Shown here piece by piece: positions 25,214 to 32,000 of a DNA stretch of 32,000 bases (positions are counted from its first letter, which is position 1; every line of letters begins with the position of its first letter). A program made the position numbers and the translations under genes. The DNA is taken from positions 18,629 to 50,628 of the forward strand of contig JAFCEE010000005.1 in NCBI GenBank assembly GCA_017609285.1, read 5' to 3'. This DNA is from Candidatus Pacearchaeota archaeon (lineage in GTDB: Archaea > Nanobdellota > Nanobdellia > Pacearchaeales > GW2011-AR1). The notes under the pieces were generated by a model. That model was not told the DNA's origin. It worked only from the letters and a program-made list of their open reading frames with translations, and made no database searches.

Positions 25214-26509
25214 ATGTTATTAGAAAAAGTAAAGAAATATTTGAAAGCGATTGAGAGAAATAATAAAAAAGGTAAGAAGATAAATGCTATTTTACAAGTA
25301 AATCCGAGGGTTCTTGAGGAAGCTAGAGAGCTAGAGAGGAAGAAAGGAAAGAAAGGGAAACTTTATGGCAAGATTATAGCTGTTAAATCTAATATTAACA
25401 TTAAGGGTCTAAATGCATCGTGCGCAAGTAAGACTTTAGAAAATTACAAATGTCCTTATAATGCTACTATAATTAAAAAAATCAAAGAAGAAGATGGCCT
25501 AATTATTGGTATGGCTAATATGGATGAGTTCGCTTGTGGCTCTTCTGGCGAAACAAGTGCTTTTGGACCTACGAGAAATCCTCTTGCTTTAGATAGAATT
25601 CCCGGTGGCAGTAGTTCAGGAAGTGCAGCTGCTGTTGCAGCTGGTTTTTGTGATTTGGCTTTAGGTTCTGAAACTGGTGGCAGTATTAGAAATCCTGCTT
25701 CTCATTGTGGTGTTGTTGGTGTCAAGCCAACTTATGGTTTGGTAAGTAGATATGGCTTAATTGATTTGAGTATGTCACTTGATCAAATAGGCCCTATAAC
25801 AAAAAACGTCGAAGATGCTCTATTGTTGTTGAATGTGATTAAGGGTAAAGATGAGAAAGACCCTACAACTTATGAAAGCAAGGATATAAAATTTGAAAAA
25901 TTAGGAAAAATAAAAATTGGTTTGCCTGATGTGAAAGCAGATGAGAAAATTAAGGAGTTAATAGAGGAGAAGGTAAAAGAAATTTCTAAAAAAAATAATT
26001 GGCAAATCATGGAAATAGAATTGCCGCATATTGATTTAGCTGTCCAGACATATTATCCTTTAGTTTATGTGGAGTTTTTTTCAGCTACAAGAAGATTTGA
26101 TGGTAGGCGTTTTGGTAAAAAAATAGAGGATGTTTGCGGAGAGGAAGTTTTAAGGAGGATTTTGGGTGGCTTTGAAATTTCAAAAGCAGAGTACAAAGGA
26201 AAATATTATAGAAAAGCTTTACAAGCTAAAAAGGTAATAAAAAAAGAAATAGAGAAAGCATTTGAAAAAGTTGATTGTATTATTATGCCTACTGTTCCTA
26301 AATTACCTCATAAAATTGGCGAAAAGATAGATGTAGAGGATATGTATAATTATGACGCTTTAACTATTCCTGCCAATCTTGCAGAGGTTCCTTCTATTTC
26401 AGTTCCAGCAGGGGATATCAAAGGAATTCCTGTTGGAGTGCAAATTTTAACTCCTCGTTTTAAGGAAGGAAAAATGTTTTCTTTGGCGAGAAAGTTTGAA
26501 AATGCCTGA
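25214..26509 (+). CDS. gatA: Asp-tRNA(Asn)/Glu-tRNA(Gln) amidotransferase subunit A
   Basis: Amidase signature IPGGSSSGSAAAVAAGFCDLALGSETGGSIRNPASHCGVVGVKPTYG, with the catalytic Lys region (IAVKSNI). 431 aa, short for GatA. Confidence 0.9.
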   Translation: MLLEKVKKYLKAIERNNKKGKKINAILQVNPRVLEEARELERKKGKKGKLYGKIIAVKSNINIKGLNASCASKTLENYKCPYNATIIKKIKEEDGLIIGMANMDEFACGSSGETSAFGPTRNPLALDRIPGGSSSGSAAAVAAGFCDLALGSETGGSIRNPASHCGVVGVKPTYGLVSRYGLIDLSMSLDQIGPITKNVEDALLLLNVIKGKDEKDPTTYESKDIKFEKLGKIKIGLPDVKADEKIKELIEEKVKEISKKNNWQIMEIELPHIDLAVQTYYPLVYVEFFSATRRFDGRRFGKKIEDVCGEEVLRRILGGFEISKAEYKGKYYRKALQAKKVIKKEIEKAFEKVDCIIMPTVPKLPHKIGEKIDVEDMYNYDALTIPANLAEVPSISVPAGDIKGIPVGVQILTPRFKEGKMFSLARKFENA

Positions 26510-27035
26510 GATTAAAAAACAAGGTATTTATGTGATAAGTGGAGGACCTGGAACTGGTAAGACGACAACTATAAATGCTCTGAAAAAAGCTGGCTTCAAA
26601 ATTTTAGAAGAGGCAGCAAGAAAAGTTGCTGAAGAAAAATTTCCTGGAAAATCTGTTAAAGAAATTAATGCTAAGAAATTTCAAGAAGAAATTTTTAATT
26701 ATCAGAAGAGGAAGTTAGAGAATATAGATATTGGGGAATGGATAATTTTCTCTGATAGAGGTTTGGGAGATACTCTAACTTACCATAAGTTGAGAGTAGG
26801 AGAGATTCCTAAAGAGATGGTAGAATATGCAAAGAAATTTAGATATTCTGGTATATTTATTCTTGAGCCATTATCTTTTTATTTTCAAGATAATTTAAGA
26901 CAAGAAGATGAAAGAGAAGCAAAAAAAATTCATAAATCTATTATTAAAACTTATGAAGAACTTGGCTATAAACCTACTTTTGTTCCTGCTATGTCTGTGA
27001 AAGATAGAGTTAAGTTTATTAAGGAAAAAGTTTAA
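26502..27035 (+). CDS. P-loop ATPase/kinase, COG3911 / AAA_28 (NadR-kinase-like) family
   Basis: Walker A SGGPGTGKTTT, EEAARKV, FSDRGLGDTLTY, IFILEP and a C-terminal YEELGYKPTFVP...DRVKFI follow the COG3911 pattern as I recall it. The ATG at 26502 overlaps the gatA stop by 8 nt (the track uses TTG at 26496). Confidence 0.6.
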   Translation: MPEIKKQGIYVISGGPGTGKTTTINALKKAGFKILEEAARKVAEEKFPGKSVKEINAKKFQEEIFNYQKRKLENIDIGEWIIFSDRGLGDTLTYHKLRVGEIPKEMVEYAKKFRYSGIFILEPLSFYFQDNLRQEDEREAKKIHKSIIKTYEELGYKPTFVPAMSVKDRVKFIKEKV

Positions 27036-27043
27036 GTAAAAAT

Positions 27044-27700
27044 ATGAAACTTGGAAATATAACTTTGGAATGGAAAGGGCATGCTGGTTTTTTGATAATT
27101 GGCAATGGAAAGAACATTTACATTGACCCTTATAAATTAAAGCCTGGTTCAGGAAGCGAGAAAGCTGACATAATTTTAATTACTCACTCTCATTATGATC
27201 ATTGTAGCATAGAAGATTTATCAAGGATAGTTAAGGATAACACTATTGTTATATGTCCTGCTGATTGTTCTAGTAAGCTAACTAAGTTACAGGAGAAATT
27301 AGATGTTAGGGTTATCGAGCCTGGCCAAGAGCAAGAAATTGATGGTGTAAGAGTTAAAGCTGTTCCTGCTTATAATACTAATAAAGAGTTTCATCCTAAG
27401 AATGAGTATTGGAATGGTTATGTTTTAGAGGTGAGAGGAGTTAAAATTTATCATGCTGGAGACACTGATTTGATCCCTGAAATGCAAGACTTAAGTGAGA
27501 TAGATATTGCCTTACTGCCAGTGGGAGGAACTTATACTATGAATGCAGATGAAGCAGCAAGAGCTGCTTTTATGATTAAACCGAGAAAAGCCATACCTAT
27601 ACATTTCGGTTCTGTAGTAGGAAGTAGAGAAGATGCCGAGAGGTTTGTTCAGTTATGTAAGGAGGAGGGGGTGGAGGCTGAGGTTTTGGAGGTAAGTTAA
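27044..27700 (+). CDS. Metallo-beta-lactamase fold hydrolase (UPF0173-like)
   Basis: ILITHSHYDH (HxHxDH), YHAGDT, LPVGGTYTM and PIHFG are the MBL metal-ligand motifs in the correct order. 218 aa. Confidence 0.8.
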   Translation: MKLGNITLEWKGHAGFLIIGNGKNIYIDPYKLKPGSGSEKADIILITHSHYDHCSIEDLSRIVKDNTIVICPADCSSKLTKLQEKLDVRVIEPGQEQEIDGVRVKAVPAYNTNKEFHPKNEYWNGYVLEVRGVKIYHAGDTDLIPEMQDLSEIDIALLPVGGTYTMNADEAARAAFMIKPRKAIPIHFGSVVGSREDAERFVQLCKEEGVEAEVLEVS

Positions 27701-27721
27701 AAGTGAGTTAAAGGCATTAAG

Positions 27722-28249
27722 ATGAGAGTTGGAATTATTGGTCCTGGGGAAGTTGAAAAATATTGTAAAAGAGCAAATATTGATATAAGTGAGTACATGA
27801 GGATTGTTAAGAGTCTGGCATGTTCCTTAGCTGATACAGATAATGAAATTGTAGTGACTCCTGATAGGGGTTCTACTTCAGAATTATTTGTGAGAGAATA
27901 TTTAAATAATAAAGGCAAAAAAGTTTATGTAATTGTGCCTTTAGATGATACAGAATTTGGTTATAGTTGGGTGAATGTCGATTTAGGTAAGAATATTAAT
28001 TGTGGTACATGGAGGAATCAGCCTGAAAAGTTATGTGAGGAATGTGATGTTTTAGTTTGTATTGGCTGGGGAGGTGGAACTTTAACTGAGATCTATTATA
28101 CAAGATGGTTTAGTAAAGTTAAGAGGGTTTATGTTGTAGAAGAATTAATCGATGCAAAATTACCTAAATCTTTAGAAATCACTTTTAAAATTTTAGAGTA
28201 TATAAAAGCTAGGGTATTAGAGAAAAAATTAAAAGAAGGAAAGCTTTAG
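27722..28249 (+). CDS. LOG/TIGR00725-like (SLOG superfamily) Rossmann protein
   Basis: RVGIIGPGE at the N-terminus, IVVTPDRGSTSE, WRNQPEKLCEECDVLVCIGWGGGTLTE (equivalent of the PGGxGTxxE motif), then a Rossmann-like strand VYVVEE. Confidence 0.5.
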   Translation: MRVGIIGPGEVEKYCKRANIDISEYMRIVKSLACSLADTDNEIVVTPDRGSTSELFVREYLNNKGKKVYVIVPLDDTEFGYSWVNVDLGKNINCGTWRNQPEKLCEECDVLVCIGWGGGTLTEIYYTRWFSKVKRVYVVEELIDAKLPKSLEITFKILEYIKARVLEKKLKEGKL

Positions 28250-28256
28250 TTTTTGT

Positions 28257-28814
28257 ATGAATTTTGAACAACAAAAATCAAAACAACTTGCGAGGAAAGA
28301 TAAGAGTAATGAAGGTAGATGGGATAAAGCGATAATTTCTCTTTGTAATAAGATAAATGAAAAGAGGGAGTATTATACTACTTCCTCATGTTCAGGAAGA
28401 ATATCTCTTGTGAAAAGTTTAAAAGAAAAGGCAAGAGGAGTTTTTTTATTTAAGACTCACGACAAGATAAGTTTTAAACAGCTAAAAAAGGAATTGAGTA
28501 AAGTGGCTAAGAAGTATGATGGCCTAATTTACTTAAAACAAGAGCCTTGCATTCTACATGTTGCTTGTAAAGACTTTAAAGCAGGAGAAGATTTATTGAA
28601 AAAAGCGAGAGAAGCAGGATGGAAAAGAAGTGGCATGATTTCAACAGGGAATAGGATAATGTTAGAGTTAATGTCAACAGAAAAAATGGAAATGCCTATA
28701 GCTAAAAGAAAAATTTTAGTTTCAGATGAATTCTTGAAGTTATTAGTAAGAGAAGTAAATAAAAAACTGGGCAGAGTTAGAGAAAAAATTAAGAAATTTG
28801 AAAGCTTGCTTTAA
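28257..28814 (+). CDS. taw3: tRNA wyosine-derivative methyltransferase Taw3/TYW3
   Basis: YYTTSSCSGRISL is the signature S-S-C-S-G-R motif of TYW3/Taw3. The size (185 aa) and the following basic/helical region fit the family. Confidence 0.7.
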   Translation: MNFEQQKSKQLARKDKSNEGRWDKAIISLCNKINEKREYYTTSSCSGRISLVKSLKEKARGVFLFKTHDKISFKQLKKELSKVAKKYDGLIYLKQEPCILHVACKDFKAGEDLLKKAREAGWKRSGMISTGNRIMLELMSTEKMEMPIAKRKILVSDEFLKLLVREVNKKLGRVREKIKKFESLL

Positions 28815-28815
28815 A

Positions 28816-29100
28816 ATGTTATCGTCTCATTATCTTGAGAAAATAAGGCAAATTTTAGAGATGTATAAAAGAGGGGAATATGAGGAGATAAATTTTGGAA
28901 GTTGTAATATTTGTTTGGGAAGAAAAAGAGGAAAGGTTTTGTGTTTTTATTTTCAAGAAGGAAATAATGAAAGAAAGGAATTTGCTCATCAAGAGTGTTT
29001 AGATAATTTATTAGACGAAGAAAATTTTAGAGTTTTTATTATCAAGACAAGAAAAAAAATAAAAGAAGCAAATTTAAGATTACAAGCAAGGAACAATTAA
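28816..29100 (+). CDS. Hypothetical small protein
   Basis: 94 aa from the ATG that lies 1 nt after the taw3 stop (the track starts at TTG 28798 inside taw3). It contains GSCNICLG and HQEC, a possible metal site. No family recognised. Confidence 0.4.
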   Translation: MLSSHYLEKIRQILEMYKRGEYEEINFGSCNICLGRKRGKVLCFYFQEGNNERKEFAHQECLDNLLDEENFRVFIIKTRKKIKEANLRLQARNN

Positions 29101-29110
29101 AAATTCAAAA

Positions 29111-29386
29111 TTATTTTGACCCTACTTCTTTCTTGCCTGCTTCTAGTTCCTTGACTTGTTCCTTGTCTCTTTGTAAAAGTAAAGTCTGAAATTCACCAAC
29201 ATGAGTTTTTTCTTCTCTTGTTATGTCTAACAAGATTTTTTTTATTTTTGGGTCAGAAGTCATCGCAGCCATTTGTTCATATAAATTTATAGCGTCGAGT
29301 TCAGCAATTATCCCTGTTCTTAAAATTTCTAAATCAATAATCTTTTTATTAACTTTTTCAAGTTTTTTTGGTATATCTGAAAGCAT
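29111..29386 (-). CDS. EncFtn-like / rubrerythrin-type two-helix half-ferritin
   Basis: IAELDAINLYEQM and ITREEKTHVGEFQTLL reproduce the E..(A)(I/V)..Y and EE..H...E di-iron ligand pattern of encapsulated-ferritin-like proteins. 91 aa, with a strong SD (AAGGAGGTAAAATG). Confidence 0.6.
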   Translation of the reverse strand: MLSDIPKKLEKVNKKIIDLEILRTGIIAELDAINLYEQMAAMTSDPKIKKILLDITREEKTHVGEFQTLLLQRDKEQVKELEAGKKEVGSK

Positions 29387-29498
29387 TTTACCTCCTTTTT
29401 AGTTGTATAATAAATTAAATTTTATAAATCTATGTTTAATAATATGTATACTACATCATAAAAAGATTTATAAAGTTTGAGAAATAGATATTTTTAAC

Positions 29499-29528
29499 AT
29501 TTATTCAATTTGGGGGAATTGAATAAAT
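29499..29528. promoter_or_regulatory. Perfect 12-bp inverted repeat ATTTATTCAATT-n6-AATTGAATAAAT in the EncFtn-like/ftsZ divergent intergenic region
   Basis: Arms at 29499-29510 and 29517-29528 are exact reverse complements, with a G-rich spacer TGGGGG. A partial third copy, GAATTGAGGTGAAT, follows at 29539-29552. Confidence 0.3.
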
Positions 29529-29662
29529 TATTTGTGGCGAATTGAGGTGAATCTTTTTTCCACTTGTAAGTTTGTTTCTTGATAAAAAATATAAGAAAGA
29601 CGAGTATTTAAATCTTTTGGTTAAAAATACTTGTCTTAAAAGAATTAAAAGGAGGTAAAAAA

Positions 29663-30754
29663 ATGCCATTGGATTTTGCAAAAGAGGCTATAGAAAACGC
29701 AGAGACACATAGCATAAATTTTGAAGAGTTAAGAGCAGGGAAAGCTAACATAAAGGTTTTTGGTATTGGCGGAGCTGGATGTAATACTGCGACATGGCTT
29801 TTTAACAAAGGTATAAATGGAGCTACAGTGTATGGTGCTAATGCAGATGCTTTACATCTGAGTATAACAAAAGCTGATGAGAAATTATTGATAGGGAAAG
29901 AGTTGACCAGAGGTTTAGGTTGTGGTGGTTATCCGCAAAAAGGGAGAGAAGCAGCAAAAGAGGCAGTTTCTGATATTAAAAAAGCTGTAAGTGGAGCAGA
30001 TATGGTTTTCATATTAGCAGGAATGGGTGGTGGATGTGGAACAGGGGCAGCTCCAATCTTTGCTCAGTTAGCTAAAGAAAGCGGTGCAGTTGTTATTGGT
30101 GTTGTCACAATGCCTTTTGATTGTGAGAAAGCGAGAATAGACAAGGCTGAATTTGGTTTACAAGAGTTGAGAGAAGTTACAGATACTGTTATAGTAATAG
30201 ATAATAACAGGTTAGTAGATATAGCAGGTAATTTGCCTATGGAGCAAGCATTTGCAGTAGCTAATGAATTAGTCAGCACAATGATAAAGGGAATCGTGGA
30301 AACAATTACCCTTCCGTCATTGATTAATCTTGACTATGCTGACGTTTCAACCATCATGAAAAATGGAGATGTTGCTGTTATTGGGATAGGAGAGAGTGAT
30401 AGTCAGAATAGAGTAGAGGAAGCGGTGCAGCAAGCATTGAGTCATCCTTTGTTAGATGTAGATTATAAGGGCGCTAGTGGCGCTTTAATACATATAACTG
30501 GCGGTACAGATTTGAAGTTAGAAGAATTCAACGACATAGGACAAAAAGTTTCTGAGAATCTTAATAGTGAGGCACAAGTAATCATTGGAGCAAGAATAAA
30601 TAAAGATTTTCAGGGCAAAGTAAGAGTTATTACAATATTAACTGGAGTAAAAAGCCCATTTATACTAGGAAAGCCTTCATATGTAGAAGCAGAAAGTAAA
30701 GGAGAAATGACAACAGAGATGTCTCAAGAATTAGGGATAGAGGTTTTCAAGTAA
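29663..30754 (+). CDS. ftsZ: Cell division GTPase FtsZ
   Basis: IKVFGIGGAGCNT (T1 loop), NADALHL, GMGGGCGTGAAP (tubulin signature region), VVTMPF, VIDN and NLDYADV are present. SD AAAGGAGGT lies 5 nt before the ATG. Confidence 0.9.
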   Translation: MPLDFAKEAIENAETHSINFEELRAGKANIKVFGIGGAGCNTATWLFNKGINGATVYGANADALHLSITKADEKLLIGKELTRGLGCGGYPQKGREAAKEAVSDIKKAVSGADMVFILAGMGGGCGTGAAPIFAQLAKESGAVVIGVVTMPFDCEKARIDKAEFGLQELREVTDTVIVIDNNRLVDIAGNLPMEQAFAVANELVSTMIKGIVETITLPSLINLDYADVSTIMKNGDVAVIGIGESDSQNRVEEAVQQALSHPLLDVDYKGASGALIHITGGTDLKLEEFNDIGQKVSENLNSEAQVIIGARINKDFQGKVRVITILTGVKSPFILGKPSYVEAESKGEMTTEMSQELGIEVFK

Positions 30755-30784
30755 ATCATGATTTTCCCTTAGTCTTTTACTTCT

Positions 30785-30820
30785 AGCCTCCCGAGAGGGA
30801 GGCTGTTTTTTTATTTTTTT
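30785..30820 (+). terminator. Hairpin plus T-run terminator downstream of ftsZ
   Basis: AGCCTCCC-GAGA-GGGAGGCT forms an 8-bp GC-rich stem with a 4-nt loop and is followed immediately by GTTTTTTTATTTTTTT. It begins 31 nt after the ftsZ stop. Confidence 0.6.
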
Positions 30821-30946
30821 AAAATTTGGAAAAATTTATATCTTTGTTTTATTCTTATGAAATATTACTGAGAAAAATTTTTAGAAGAAATAATATTAGA
30901 AGGATTAAAAAATTAAGATATTAAAATTTATTGTTCTTTTTTAAAT

Positions 30947-31507
30947 TTATAAAGCTTCAGGTTTTTTGATAGCTTTCATGTACTTATTTTTCCATGTGTT
31001 AAAGTAAAGGCAGGTGTCAAGAGAAGGTTTTATTCTCTGTTTACTTTTTGGAGGCATCTCATAACCTATAGGAAACAAAGCTTCTGCATCAACTTCTTCA
31101 GGTATTTGTAAAATCCTTTTTACTTGTTCATCTGAGAATGCCCCTACCCAACAGGTAGCTAAACCCAAATCAGTAATTTTTAAAAGAAAGTTTTCTATTG
31201 TGGCTCCTGCTTGTTGTTTTATGTATTTTAAAGCTCTGTCATCATAACTTCTTACACATTGTTCTGGAACAGAACAAACAACAACAACATATTTTGCTTG
31301 AGCAATAAAATCTTGTTGGCATGCTTCTGCAAGTTGTTGAATTTTGTCATTTTCAGTTACTACAATGAACTTTATAGTAGGAATGTTGCCAGCAAGAGGA
31401 GCAAGTCTGGCCAAGTCAAGAGCTTTAATTATATCGCGCCAATTAGGAGTTTTACTTTTAAATCTTCTTACACTATGCCTTCCTTTTATTGCTTTGTCTA
31501 AGTCCAT
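30947..31507 (-). CDS. Nitroreductase family protein
   Basis: AIKGRHSVRRFK at the N-terminus, LARLAPLAGN, and ATCWVGAF near the C-terminus are typical FMN-nitroreductase family blocks. 186 aa. Confidence 0.8.
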   Translation of the reverse strand: MDLDKAIKGRHSVRRFKSKTPNWRDIIKALDLARLAPLAGNIPTIKFIVVTENDKIQQLAEACQQDFIAQAKYVVVVCSVPEQCVRSYDDRALKYIKQQAGATIENFLLKITDLGLATCWVGAFSDEQVKRILQIPEEVDAEALFPIGYEMPPKSKQRIKPSLDTCLYFNTWKNKYMKAIKKPEAL

Positions 31508-31541
31508 ATCTAAAGAAAGAAAGAGAGGTATAAAAATCTTT

Positions 31542-32000
31542 TCAATTATTTTTTATTAACGAATCTATGTATGCGCCAACTTTCATCTCTTCCTTTTTTG
31601 CAATCTTTTTCATAATTTTCATAATCCCTGTTCCATACTGAGCTGATTTTTTCTCTCTATAAGCAGTTTCCTCACTTAAACCAATTTTTTCTGCAAATTT
31701 TCTTAAAATATACTTTCTTATTCTGTCTTTAATTTTGAATTCATATGGAATCGAAATACAAAAATCAACTAAATCTTTATATAGATAAGGAAGTAAAATC
31801 TTTTTGTTAAAATATTCTGCTGTTTTTTTATGTTGTAAATAGCCTACTGTTGTTAAATCGAGAGTATTTTTTTCCATTTCTTTTTCAACTTCTTTTTTTG
31901 ATAATTTTAAATGTTTAGAAAATCCTCCAAGCATTGTATCTGGCCCTTGTCCACTCACTATATATTTTTCTTCTGTATATTTTGCTATGAAAAAAAGAGG
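31542..32000 (-). CDS. Asparagine synthase (AsnB) C-terminal domain-like protein, 5' end beyond the window
   Basis: The minus-strand frame stays open to base 32000 (PLFFIAKYTEEKYIVSGQGPDTMLGGF...). SGQGPDTMLGGF matches the SGEGADE.FGGY motif of the AsnB synthetase domain. KYILRKFAEKIGL and REKKSAQYG match the C-terminal K..LR....LP / R.K..f blocks. Confidence 0.6.
   Translation of the reverse strand, partial: PLFFIAKYTEEKYIVSGQGPDTMLGGFSKHLKLSKKEVEKEMEKNTLDLTTVGYLQHKKTAEYFNKKILLPYLYKDLVDFCISIPYEFKIKDRIRKYILRKFAEKIGLSEETAYREKKSAQYGTGIMKIMKKIAKKEEMKVGAYIDSLIKNN

Noticed and set aside
1-32000. CRISPR arrays, transposases, integrases, toxin-antitoxin pairs, restriction-modification or other recognisable defence or mobile systems.
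   Set aside because: No regularly spaced direct repeats, terminal inverted repeats or recombinase/nuclease-type defence ORFs were seen on either strand. The only methyltransferase has no partner nuclease, and it looks like a small-molecule or RNA class I MTase.

Overview
This is an AT-rich (roughly 30-38% GC from hand counts of a few lines), very gene-dense archaeal chromosomal segment. It holds about 40 genes. Many adjacent genes overlap by 1-16 nt, and two convergent gene pairs share overlapping stop codons. Archaeal identity rests on GatD/GatE, archaeal-type ProRS and AspRS, deoxyhypusine synthase, Taw3, FtsZ, TATA-like boxes about 25 nt upstream of starts, and a tRNA with a bulge-helix-bulge intron. 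The small, Lys-rich proteins and domain-reduced enzymes fit a small-genome (DPANN-like) or other AT-rich archaeon, but the lineage cannot be fixed from this window.

Content in order:
- A pyrimidine de novo block: pyrE-like, pyrF, pyrC and a PyrD-PyrK fusion.
- An NreA-like gene, a RecJ-like DHH nuclease, and deoxyhypusine synthase with an AdoMetDC-like gene.
- proS and an intron-containing tRNA-Arg(UCG).
- A broken amino-acid permease, then a membrane-tethered ArsR-like regulator with a SIMPL protein.
- A 13-kb concentration of the whole tRNA-dependent amidation machinery (gatB, gatD, gatE, aspS, gatC-like, gatA), interleaved with uncharacterised genes: a PRTase-like orphan, DUF1846, a variant HIT protein, a COG3911-like ATPase and an MBL hydrolase.
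- A LOG/TIGR00725-like protein, Taw3, an orphan EncFtn-like half-ferritin, ftsZ, a nitroreductase and a truncated AsnB-like gene.

I saw no rRNA, CRISPR array, transposase, integrase or recognisable defence system. The items most worth follow-up are the insertion-less mini-GatE, the unknown genes embedded in the amidation cluster, the PyrD-PyrK fusion, the three-frame permease with an A8 slippery run, and two palindromic candidate operators.

All family calls come from motif recognition by eye and memory. No database search was possible.
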